The position numbers and the translations under genes are program-made. DNA of 58,875 nucleotides, from positions 1 to 58,875 of IMG/VR virus record IMGVR_UViG_3300047272_000350, one strand, 5' to 3'. The notes under the pieces were generated by a model. The model worked only from the letters and a program-made list of their open reading frames with translations. It was not told the origin of the DNA and did not search any database. Shown here piece by piece: positions 23,898 to 32,619 of the stretch (within the stretch, counting starts at the first letter, position 1; each line of letters begins with the position of its first letter). The DNA is from a virus. Taxonomy: Duplodnaviria; Heunggongvirae; Uroviricota; Caudoviricetes.

Positions 23898-24359
23898 TTA
23901 TAAAGTTTTTTTACCAAATCTACGAATTGATACTCCGTCATTTAAAAATCTACAGTTTTCAAGGGCATCAGAGCAAATAATTGCTTTTGCTTCTTGGTAT
24001 GTTAGATCATTATCGTTAGTAGAAAACATCAATATCTCTCTAGATATATCAAACTTTGCACTGTTAAGTTTTATAAACTTATTACTAGAAATATACTTTT
24101 TCCAGTCTGCTTCTTTTATAACGTGCTCATAATTTTTCTTACGCTTGTCTCCTAACGCCTCTGTTTCCTTTTTTCCAAAAACTCTTTTTCTTTTAGAATA
24201 CACATTCTTTTTACCTATGTATTCAAACTCAACAGTTTTGGTTCCTTTCTTATGTAGGACTAGCTTGTAGACAAAGCCCCATACTTTGGGGCAATGTCTT
24301 TGCATATCTGCAATGCTATTAATGTCATGTCCATTATAAATCCAATTGTATACTGACAT
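23898..24359 (-). CDS. GIY-YIG (Seg-like) endonuclease
   Basis: WGFVYKL...EYIGKK; conserved R, E (YQE) and N. Confidence 0.8.
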   Translation of the reverse strand: MSVYNWIYNGHDINSIADMQRHCPKVWGFVYKLVLHKKGTKTVEFEYIGKKNVYSKRKRVFGKKETEALGDKRKKNYEHVIKEADWKKYISSNKFIKLNSAKFDISREILMFSTNDNDLTYQEAKAIICSDALENCRFLNDGVSIRRFGKKTL

Positions 24360-24361
24360 AT

Positions 24362-25345
24362 CTAAATATTAAAATATTCTCTAATTCTGCTTTCTATCTC
24401 ATCAGATAATTCTGGATTATCTGTAAGTAGTTGTTTTACATTAGATCCTCCTTGACCTAATTTTGTTTCTCCGTAATTAAACCAAGATCCTTTTTTCTCT
24501 ATTATTCCAATATCTTCTCCAATAGCTAAGATCTCACTAGATCTATCAATACCTTCTCCGAAAACAATATCAAACTTAGTTACTTGGAAAGGGGGAGCTA
24601 ATTTATTTTTTATCGTTTTGACTTTTACGTGGCTGTTGATAACATTTCCATCCTTATCTTCATCTCCTTTACTCTTACGAATATCAATTCTTGTAGAAGC
24701 ATAAAATTTAAGGGCCTCTCCTCCAGGAACTGTCTCAGGGCTACCGAACATTACTCCGATTTTCATTCTGATTTGGTTTGTCCAAAGAAGAACAGTGTTC
24801 GTTTTACTTACTATTCCGGTAAGTTTTCTACAAGCTTGAGACATCAAACGAGCATGTAATCCCATTTTAGAATCTCCCATTTCTCCTTCAATTTCACTTT
24901 TTGGAGTTAAGGCTGCAACCGAGTCAATTACACAAACTGATATTTTACCTGATGCAATCAAAGCTTCTGCAATTTCCAGTGCTTGTTCGCCACTATCCGG
25001 TTGAGAAATTATTACTTGAGACATATCTAACCCTAAGTGTTCTGCATAGTTTCTGTCAAAAGCATGCTCGGCATCAATAAATGCAACTCTCTTATCAGGG
25101 CTATCGTGTTGAGCTTGAATCATTGTGTGAATACACAAAGTTGTTTTACCTGAGCTTTCCGGCCCATATATCTCAACCATTCTTCCTTTACCCCAACCAC
25201 CACCTGTGATTATATCTACGCCTAATGATCCAGTACCTTGTCTCTCTGTTTGTATAACAGTGTCTCCTACAATAACTGCACCTTTTCCGAACCTTTTGTC
25301 CATACTAGCTAAAACATCTAATAAAGGGTCTTTTTCTTCTGCCAT
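24362..25345 (-). CDS. recA: RecA recombinase
   Basis: EIYGPESSGKTT, IDSVAALTPKSEIEGEMGDS, NQIRMKIGVMFGSPET, GGEALKFYAS. Confidence 0.98.
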   Translation of the reverse strand: MAEEKDPLLDVLASMDKRFGKGAVIVGDTVIQTERQGTGSLGVDIITGGGWGKGRMVEIYGPESSGKTTLCIHTMIQAQHDSPDKRVAFIDAEHAFDRNYAEHLGLDMSQVIISQPDSGEQALEIAEALIASGKISVCVIDSVAALTPKSEIEGEMGDSKMGLHARLMSQACRKLTGIVSKTNTVLLWTNQIRMKIGVMFGSPETVPGGEALKFYASTRIDIRKSKGDEDKDGNVINSHVKVKTIKNKLAPPFQVTKFDIVFGEGIDRSSEILAIGEDIGIIEKKGSWFNYGETKLGQGGSNVKQLLTDNPELSDEIESRIREYFNI

Positions 25346-25371
25346 TTCTTACTTATTTTTTAAATTCTATG

Positions 25372-25403
25372 CAAAGGTACAAAAAATAATTATATTGTGC
25401 AAA
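25372..25403 (-). promoter_or_regulatory. sigma70-type promoter (-7 TACCTTTG) for recA
   Basis: Boxes 28 bp apart. Confidence 0.8.
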
Positions 25404-25406
25404 TTT

Positions 25407-26786
25407 TTAAGATAAATTTAACAATGTTGCTATTTCAAGCTTTAACCATTTTTGATTTGGGTAAAATGTAAACTTCTCATACATCCAAACTAAATAGCCT
25501 TTGTCTTTTTTTAGAATATCTATAAGTGTAAAATCTTTATATTTACCAAAAGGCATTTTATTACTACCAACATGTAATACAGGCACAGCTATATTTTTCT
25601 TTTTTACTAGATTAGATTTGTTAGGTCTATGTTTTGCCTCAATGGGATAGTTACTTATCAAAGACTCACCTTTAAATAATCCCCATCCGTAGCCTTCTAC
25701 AAAATCTACAGTAAAATCTTCTACCTTTCCAAATCTTTTATAGTTCTCACTTAGGTCAATAACTACAGTTTTGTTTTTGCTATCGTGTATCCTAACACCT
25801 CTACCTATCATTTGGTAGTAAAGTGCGAATGACATTGTTGATCTAGCTAGTATTATAGTCTCTAATTCCGGGTAGTCAAAACCTGTTGTTAGTATACCTA
25901 CATTTATTACTACGTTTATAATACCAGATTTAAAACCATTTATTATCTCGTCTCTTTCTTTTTTTGGAGTCAAAGAACTAACAGATTTAGAATTTGGGAC
26001 CATTGATGATAACTTATTAGCCTCTTCTATGGTTGGAACAAATACTAAAACTGATTTTGACCCCTCATTAATGCAATGTTCAATATTATCAACAATTTGT
26101 GTCTGCAAATCATTATTCTCATAGAACTTCTGCATGCTATCTTCTGTGTAGTCTGATCCGGAAGAGTTGACTTGTAAAAATGTATCGTCTTGCTCTACAA
26201 TTCTATATTCAAGAGGTGTCCAATACTTATTATCTAACATATCGTGTATTTGTTGCACATATGATATATTAGTAAAAAGCTTATTTTTTATCTTAGTCAG
26301 CATTTTAAGTTCGGCCCCATTCATTGTACTAGACAATATAAATGGAGTTGCTGTTAGCCCTAGTACATTAGTTATACCCAAGCTACTTAAAAATACTCTA
26401 AGTTGAGAACCTCCTTTTACTCCAATATGAGACTCGTCAATAATTATCTTAGTGACTTTTAACTTTTTTAGCTGAGGGACTGCTTTTTTTATAGAGCCGA
26501 TTGTCGCAAAAGTAACTTTACCTAACTCCTTACTTCCAGCAGAAGCTGAGTAAATTGACGCTTTACCGCCAACATTAATAAACTTTTGATAGTTCTGCTC
26601 TAGCAATTCTTTTGAGGGCTGTAATATCACTATAGGCTCGTTTAGTTGCTTTACTATCTCTGCTATAACAATAGATTTACCTGCACCAGTAGGCAGTACT
26701 ATTAACTCTCTAGAAGCCTTAGTGTTATTTAATATCGTTAATCCTTCACTTACTGACTTACTTTGGTAATCTCTTAATCTATACAT
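25407..26786 (-). CDS. SF2 DNA helicase (RadD/UvsW-like)
   Basis: LRDYQ, LPTGAGKS, IIDESH, GLTATP, TTGFD, QMIGRGVR; C-terminal MPFGKYK domain. Confidence 0.92.
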   Translation of the reverse strand: MYRLRDYQSKSVSEGLTILNNTKASRELIVLPTGAGKSIVIAEIVKQLNEPIVILQPSKELLEQNYQKFINVGGKASIYSASAGSKELGKVTFATIGSIKKAVPQLKKLKVTKIIIDESHIGVKGGSQLRVFLSSLGITNVLGLTATPFILSSTMNGAELKMLTKIKNKLFTNISYVQQIHDMLDNKYWTPLEYRIVEQDDTFLQVNSSGSDYTEDSMQKFYENNDLQTQIVDNIEHCINEGSKSVLVFVPTIEEANKLSSMVPNSKSVSSLTPKKERDEIINGFKSGIINVVINVGILTTGFDYPELETIILARSTMSFALYYQMIGRGVRIHDSKNKTVVIDLSENYKRFGKVEDFTVDFVEGYGWGLFKGESLISNYPIEAKHRPNKSNLVKKKNIAVPVLHVGSNKMPFGKYKDFTLIDILKKDKGYLVWMYEKFTFYPNQKWLKLEIATLLNLS

Positions 26787-26800
26787 TACTATTTTTTTTG

Positions 26801-26831
26801 CAAAGGTACAAATAAATTATGTAACTACAAA
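26801..26831 (-). promoter_or_regulatory. sigma70-type promoter (-7 TACCTTTG) for the helicase
   Basis: Boxes 27 bp apart. Confidence 0.8.
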
Positions 26832-27217
26832 ATAAAAATAGTATTATTTTTTGATAATTACTTACTGTTGTGTGTTTTACTGTTTCACTACGGTACATAT
26901 TCTAACTGTAAAAACGCAACAAATGTTTTTGTACGTTGTGAAAAACACCCCCTTACCCCCTCTTAAAGAGAAGATAAAGAGTCCAGCAGCGGAAAAACAC
27001 CGAATCCAAAGACCTGCTGTAAGTTTTTTGTTTTATCACTGAAGCTTTCATTAGCTATTCAAAAAGATATTTTATTTACTTTTCTACATATGTGAAGTTG
27101 GCTAGAACCTTAACTAGCCATGCTCTGGCGGTCTCCATTACAAACAGTAATGTCCTCTTCCATTTAGCTTAGGCTGTTAAACCGCAACGTGAATCTTATT
27201 AGATAGCCACACGTCTT

Positions 27218-27315
27218 AAAATATTTTTTGCAAAGGTAATAATAATATTTCAATAAAAAAAATAAATACTAAAATATTTTTTGCAAAGGTATAATTTATT
27301 ATTATTATTTCCAAA
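27218..27315 (-). promoter_or_regulatory. tandem leftward promoters within a 21-bp direct repeat (AAAATATTTTTTGCAAAGGTA x2)
   Basis: Identical 21-mers at 27218-38 and 27271-91, each containing TACCTTTG on the minus strand; -33 box at 27312-15. Confidence 0.65.
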
Positions 27316-27339
27316 TTTGTTAATTATTTTTTTAACTTA

Positions 27340-27371
27340 TTTGGTTTTTATAATTGTTTTTTGTACTTTTG
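27340..27371 (+). promoter_or_regulatory. rightward promoter (-7 TACTTTTG)
   Basis: Boxes 28 bp apart. Confidence 0.75.
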
Positions 27372-27389
27372 CACTTAAAACCATATAAT

Positions 27390-27677
27390 ATGTCAGTAAA
27401 AGATTTTACCTACTCAGAGTTCCAGGAATTAACATACGAGGAATTTTATGATTTACTCTGGGAAGATGTATCTGAAAAGATAGTGTCTACAGCTTACCTT
27501 GATGAAAATGAGGATTTCATAAGCAACCTAACGTTTGATTTGTACAGATTGTACCAAATGAACCCAGTATTAACGATAAGAGTCTTGTCAAGGATCACAG
27601 AAGCTTTCCTATTTAATATATTTAGGCTACAACCTATGACAAGAAACATAAAAGAAATTGTAGATAAGTATAGTTAA
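27390..27677 (+). CDS. hypothetical protein (start MSVKDF at 27390)
   Basis: ATG downstream of the promoter; the ORF-track TTG start overlaps that promoter. Confidence 0.8.
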   Translation: MSVKDFTYSEFQELTYEEFYDLLWEDVSEKIVSTAYLDENEDFISNLTFDLYRLYQMNPVLTIRVLSRITEAFLFNIFRLQPMTRNIKEIVDKYS

Positions 27678-27691
27678 TAATTTGTTAAAAA

Positions 27692-27723
27692 TTTGGATTA
27701 TTCAAAAATAGTTTATACCTTTG
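27692..27723 (+). promoter_or_regulatory. rightward promoter (-7 TACCTTTG)
   Basis: Boxes 28 bp apart. Confidence 0.75.
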
Positions 27724-27740
27724 CATAAAAAATATAAGCA

Positions 27741-28097
27741 GTGAGTTTTCCAACATTAAAAACAAAGTATAAAAACGAGATTGATCTAATAGATAAAATC
27801 TTACGTGTTTACTCAATATCACAAGAAGTCTCTCTAAGAAATTTTGAGAGGCTTATTCTTGTTTACTATATAAGAAATGGTTATAGTAAAGAGACAAAGG
27901 AGTTTATAAAAGAAGATACCGGAAAAAAAGATGGTGATATTAGAGTAGCTGATGTACACCTTAGAGAAAAAGGGTATTTAAGATCAAGTGAGAAGAACTT
28001 GAGAATGAGTAAACTATCTCCGGATATGGAAAGTATAAGAGAGAGTTTTATTAAGAACAAGAAACAAATATATGTACTCGCCTTTAAAAAAAGCTGA
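27741..28097 (+). CDS. hypothetical protein, possible winged-helix DNA-binding protein
   Basis: Basic; helix pattern followed by LREKGYL. Confidence 0.75.
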   Translation: MSFPTLKTKYKNEIDLIDKILRVYSISQEVSLRNFERLILVYYIRNGYSKETKEFIKEDTGKKDGDIRVADVHLREKGYLRSSEKNLRMSKLSPDMESIRESFIKNKKQIYVLAFKKS

Positions 28098-28542
28098 TAA
28101 ACCTGTATGTTTTACAGAAGATATATTAGAAGAGCTTTCATTAAGAACAGGAAAAGATAAAAAACTATTGGCTGATATTATGAAGCATAATACTTCATAT
28201 TTGAAAAAGTCAATTATAGCAGAAGAGGATCTAGTTTTAATAAACTTTCCAAATCTAGGTAAGATGAGGTTTAATTATTATCTTGGGCTATGTACATTTA
28301 CAACAAAGAGCAATTCGTTACATTACAAGTATCTAACAAATAAGATAAATTATCTAAAAGCTATTTTAAAGAAGCCAGAAGGCAATGAGATAAAAAATTT
28401 TAATAAGCCATTACTCTACATATCAATAAGAAAAAAAGAAGAAGATGTTGAAAGAAACATAGTACCATCTTTTTATAAGTATTGGAAAATTTTAGAAACT
28501 ATACACAATGAAGAACATGCTAAGTATTTTAAAAAAGGCTAA
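28072..28542 (+). CDS. HU/IHF-like hypothetical protein
   Basis: Two helices followed by LINFPNLGKMRF, similar to the HU beta-turn motif. Confidence 0.6.
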   Translation: MYSPLKKADKPVCFTEDILEELSLRTGKDKKLLADIMKHNTSYLKKSIIAEEDLVLINFPNLGKMRFNYYLGLCTFTTKSNSLHYKYLTNKINYLKAILKKPEGNEIKNFNKPLLYISIRKKEEDVERNIVPSFYKYWKILETIHNEEHAKYFKKG

Positions 28543-28825
28543 GTTGGCAATTAAAAGCCGAAGAGAGTACAACGAAGAGTTGACGGATTTACAAAAGAAA
28601 AGATTAAGTGTATGTAAACCTTGCCCATACAATTCTGATAATAAGTTAGAACTTAGTATGATAGAAACTATGATGTTTCGTATGAATAAGATACTAAATT
28701 TTATTATGGGGGTAAAGGTAACAGAAGATGCAATATGCACAGTGTGTACATGCAATTTAATATTTAAAAGCTCTCAAGAAGACCCAGAGAATATGTGCCC
28801 AAAAGGAAAATGGAATAATATATAA
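28508..28825 (+). CDS. Cys-rich Zn-binding protein
   Basis: RLSVCKPCPYN...CTVCTC...CPKGKW. Confidence 0.8.
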   Translation: MKNMLSILKKAKLAIKSRREYNEELTDLQKKRLSVCKPCPYNSDNKLELSMIETMMFRMNKILNFIMGVKVTEDAICTVCTCNLIFKSSQEDPENMCPKGKWNNI

Positions 28826-28838
28826 ATAAAAAAAGAAA

Positions 28839-29156
28839 ATGAAAATAACAGGAAGCCAGCAACTTAAAGAGGTTATAAAAAACCAAGAGTACAATATTGA
28901 TTATGGAACAATAAAGCATGGTTCTAACACATTAGTCAATATAAAATTAGAAGGTGTGCAACATGTATCAGTTTCAAAAACATGTGGATGTACAACCCCA
29001 ACTGTAGAGATTCAACCAGATGCAGTGATGATTGCAGTATCTTATGATAATAAGAAACTAGGAACTATAAACCAAAGAGTTACAGAAAGATGTACAGATT
29101 CTACTGGAACACAAAAAACAATAAACTTTAATTTAAAAGGAAACATAATAGAATAA
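28839..29156 (+). CDS. DUF1573-like Ig-fold protein
   Basis: IDYGTI...VSKTCGCTTP motif. Confidence 0.7.
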   Translation: MKITGSQQLKEVIKNQEYNIDYGTIKHGSNTLVNIKLEGVQHVSVSKTCGCTTPTVEIQPDAVMIAVSYDNKKLGTINQRVTERCTDSTGTQKTINFNLKGNIIE

Positions 29157-29157
29157 T

Positions 29158-29352
29158 ATGAATTTTAAGAACAACGCAATAAGAGAGTTACAAGAGTTTT
29201 CAAAAGAGTTCCCAGATTATACTCTAGGAGAACTATTGTATAGTGCAATAAGACTTACAGGGGCAAGTAAAATATCTGATATAATGAATATTTCAGACGA
29301 AGATATGTTTTCTGCTATAGAAAAAACAAGACAAGAAGAAAAAGAGATATAA
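29158..29352 (+). CDS. hypothetical protein (64 aa)
   Basis: ORF track. Confidence 0.75.
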   Translation: MNFKNNAIRELQEFSKEFPDYTLGELLYSAIRLTGASKISDIMNISDEDMFSAIEKTRQEEKEI

Positions 29353-29353
29353 T

Positions 29354-29794
29354 ATGGAAGCAATAAAAGGTAAGATAGTATCCTTATACGTTGAGTATAA
29401 AGAATTTGACAGCATTGTAAAAGCAAAGAATGAGAAACTAGCTAAGACTGAAAATAACCTTAAGGATATTGTTTCAGGAAAAAGCGTAGAAGAATTACAG
29501 CAAATTCTTGTACATGTATACGTAGATACTATTTTGTACAACAAAGATCTACAACTTATGTTTCTTAAGTTAGTAAATGCCATAGAGCTTTACAAAGAGT
29601 TTTCTAAAGAAGATTTACCAGAAGACATCTCTACATTTTATTCAGAGATGAAGAATTGGGCACCGAAGAGAGTATTTGCAGTTGAGAAGAATGATTTAGT
29701 AGAGACAGAAACTGGCTTACTAGAAGAAGAAAGAACAAAATTCTTGGAAAGTGATTTCTTTAAATCGCTATTGGAGAGAACACAACAAAAATAA
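29354..29794 (+). CDS. helical hypothetical protein immediately upstream of terL
   Basis: TAATG-coupled to terL. Confidence 0.8.
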   Translation: MEAIKGKIVSLYVEYKEFDSIVKAKNEKLAKTENNLKDIVSGKSVEELQQILVHVYVDTILYNKDLQLMFLKLVNAIELYKEFSKEDLPEDISTFYSEMKNWAPKRVFAVEKNDLVETETGLLEEERTKFLESDFFKSLLERTQQK

Positions 29795-32559
29795 TGTCTG
29801 AATATATTGACAACTTTATAAAAAACCATAAAGAGTACTTTAGGAGAAATAAAAAAGTTATTGAAGCAAATGCTTGGAATAATAATTCGAAGTATGAGGA
29901 AAGAATGACAGAATTTTCGCAAGAGATTCTAAGTCTACAAACACAAGATAGTGATTCTTCAGGCACAGATAAAAAACTAAAAGAGGTAGAGAAAAGGATA
30001 AAAGATTTATCTGACTACACTAAAAAAACTAAAGAGTCTTTATTTAAACAGGAAAACGAGCTTACCACGTCTATACTTGGTAGGCTTTCTGTGTTTATAT
30101 CTGAAGCAAGCGGAGACAGAAATCTAAAGAAGACCCAGGACTTTATAGATGAGACAGTAGAGATAATTAATCTACATATTAGTAAATGTGATGACTACTT
30201 GAAGTATAACATGGATGTACTTACACAAGAGGCTGAAACAGAGAATGATATTGACTACAAAACTTATGAAATAGTTTTCCAGGATACTGTATTTAATGAA
30301 AAAATAAAGATCCAAGAAAAACTGTCGAAGTTAAATATAACAAACACAGCAGAGAACAATGTAATAAAATTCTTTAAGGATGAAAAGGCCTCTCTTTTAA
30401 TGAGAGAACCTTTGATGCTACTAAGAGAAGATGCAAAAGAAGCAATAGAAAAAGTACCAGTAGACTGGCATCTAAGAACATCAAAAGAGATGTTCATAAA
30501 CATGAATCCAAAAGATATTCCAAAGTGGAATAACAAAAAACATTTTTTTGATCAAGACCCAGTTGTATTACAATTCTGGTCAGAGGAAATAAATAAAATA
30601 ACACATGGTGTAACAATATCGGGATACTTTATACATCCATGGTTGTACTTTCACCTTAATTTTTTTAGAACACCTATACCTCAACCAAACGGATCAGAAC
30701 CAAACACACAACCAGACCTTAGAGATAATGAGTGGTTTTTTGCAGAGAATTTAAAAAGAGCAATAAATTCAGAAAACGAAAATTATTATTCAAAAGCATT
30801 GTTGATGTATGGTACTAGACGTTTTGGTAAATCTGTAATACTAGCATCTCTAGCCCATTGGAGAACTATAACAAAATTTAACTCATTTGGATCTATTATT
30901 GGAGGTAGTTCATCGGATATAAATGCTCTTACAAGTAAGATAAAAACATCAATGACATACATTGATAAACCTCTACAAATAGATATTCTAAAGCAAGAGT
31001 GGGATAACGGTGAGACAACTTTTGGTATTAAAGAGGATGCCTCAAATCCTATTGTTTTTTCTACACTAATTGTGCAAAACTTAGAGTCCGGTGCCAAATC
31101 AAAGACACAAAAGACAGCAGGTTTAGCACCATCAGTATCAATCTATGATGAGATAGGTAAGTATGCCTTCTTAAAACCATACCTTGCAGCACTCCCATCA
31201 TTTAAGACACCTTATGGATTTAAGTGTGTTACAGTACTAGCAGGTACTGGGGGAGAGGCAGATTTATCAAGAGATGCAGTGGATGTATTATCAAATCCAG
31301 AAGCTTACGACTTATTACCTATGGATTGGGATCTATTAGAAAACAAAATAGACCCAGAGCATATAACTTGGAAAAGAAGAAAGTTTGCAACATTTTTCCC
31401 AGGACAGATGGCGTATGAGGAGGGCTTTATTAAGAAGCAACAAGCTTTTTCTAGATTTCTAGACATAGATGATTCAGATGAGCTGGATAAAATAATGATA
31501 CATACAACAAACTGGGAAAACAACACAAAGTTACTTAAGACAGTATTAGAAGAATCAAAAGCAGTAGGTGGATCAAAGGGACAATTACTAGAGCAACAAA
31601 AAAGAGTTCAGTACCCATTGGACCCAGAAGATTGTTTTATGTCATCTGAAGAAAATCCTTTCCCTGCGTTAGAAGCAAAAAGGCATAAGGAGTATTTACT
31701 AGAATCTGGAGAATGTGGTAAAAAAGTAACTATAATGCAAGATGGGGCCGGAAGAATATTCTATGAAATGAATAATAAAGAGCTTGCAGAATACCCACAC
31801 AATGGGGGATTTGTAGATGCACCAGTTGTACTTTATGAAGAACTGCCAACAACAAAACCGGTACCATATTTGTATGTTGGGGGATTTGACGACTATAAGC
31901 AGGAAGAGTCCGGAACAGACTCTGTGGGATCATTCCACATATACAAAGTAAATATAGGTATGGATAAGTGGTGTGGTAGAATTGTAGCATCTGTAGCATC
32001 AAGACCAGACCCACATAATAAACTGTACAGACAGATATTCTTATTGATGCAAGCCTATAATGCAAAAGCATTTATGGAGAATGCCGATATGGGATTTAAG
32101 GAGTATCTAGATAGAAAAAGAGCAACAGACCTTTGGTTAGTAGAATCTATGGATTTCAAATCTGATATGACACAACAATCAAATGGTAGAAGAAGGTATG
32201 GTTGGAACCCAAGCCCAGAAAACAAAAGATTTTTACTTGGGTTAGTAAAGAACTATATGAGGCAGGAGTTTGTCATACAGGATGAGAATGGAGAAGAAAA
32301 GACAGTCTTAGGTGTTCAAATGATAAATGATATTGGGTTACTAGATGAGATAATAGCTTATAAAAAAGACAATAACGTTGATAGAATAACCTCTTTTATG
32401 TCTTGTCTTGGATATGAGTTCTATTTGTTTAATAATTACATGTTACCTGTGCCTAATAGTAGGAAAGTAAATAAAGAAGAAAATACAAAAAGACAACCAG
32501 AAAGAAGTTTGGCAGAAAGACTATATGGATCATCAAGTAGGCCAAAAAAGTATTTCTAA
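29794..32559 (+). CDS. terL: terminase large subunit
   Basis: Walker A GTRRFGKS, Walker B SIYDEIG, GTGG motif, RNase H-like YVGGFDDYK nuclease. Confidence 0.92.
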   Translation: MSEYIDNFIKNHKEYFRRNKKVIEANAWNNNSKYEERMTEFSQEILSLQTQDSDSSGTDKKLKEVEKRIKDLSDYTKKTKESLFKQENELTTSILGRLSVFISEASGDRNLKKTQDFIDETVEIINLHISKCDDYLKYNMDVLTQEAETENDIDYKTYEIVFQDTVFNEKIKIQEKLSKLNITNTAENNVIKFFKDEKASLLMREPLMLLREDAKEAIEKVPVDWHLRTSKEMFINMNPKDIPKWNNKKHFFDQDPVVLQFWSEEINKITHGVTISGYFIHPWLYFHLNFFRTPIPQPNGSEPNTQPDLRDNEWFFAENLKRAINSENENYYSKALLMYGTRRFGKSVILASLAHWRTITKFNSFGSIIGGSSSDINALTSKIKTSMTYIDKPLQIDILKQEWDNGETTFGIKEDASNPIVFSTLIVQNLESGAKSKTQKTAGLAPSVSIYDEIGKYAFLKPYLAALPSFKTPYGFKCVTVLAGTGGEADLSRDAVDVLSNPEAYDLLPMDWDLLENKIDPEHITWKRRKFATFFPGQMAYEEGFIKKQQAFSRFLDIDDSDELDKIMIHTTNWENNTKLLKTVLEESKAVGGSKGQLLEQQKRVQYPLDPEDCFMSSEENPFPALEAKRHKEYLLESGECGKKVTIMQDGAGRIFYEMNNKELAEYPHNGGFVDAPVVLYEELPTTKPVPYLYVGGFDDYKQEESGTDSVGSFHIYKVNIGMDKWCGRIVASVASRPDPHNKLYRQIFLLMQAYNAKAFMENADMGFKEYLDRKRATDLWLVESMDFKSDMTQQSNGRRRYGWNPSPENKRFLLGLVKNYMRQEFVIQDENGEEKTVLGVQMINDIGLLDEIIAYKKDNNVDRITSFMSCLGYEFYLFNNYMLPVPNSRKVNKEENTKRQPERSLAERLYGSSSRPKKYF

Positions 32560-32560
32560 T

Positions 32561-32602
32561 TTTTAACTAATTTTGTGTTGTCAAAAATTTTAACTAATTT
32601 TG
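32561..32602 (+). promoter_or_regulatory. late-type promoter with duplicated TTTTAACTAATTTTG
   Basis: 15-mer repeated with a 27-bp period. Confidence 0.75.
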
Positions 32603-32619
32603 CGGTTTAAAAATATATA

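Noticed and set aside
26851-27042. 63-aa plus-strand ORF (TPLPP) as a replication-initiator fragment
   Set aside because: TTG start, no supporting promoter or initiation context, and the Pro-rich segment merely reflects the C-run
29794-32559. Intein or intron in the long terminase gene
   Set aside because: No C/S...HN splice motifs or LAGLIDADG blocks were seen, the extra length is N-terminal, and the frame is uninterrupted
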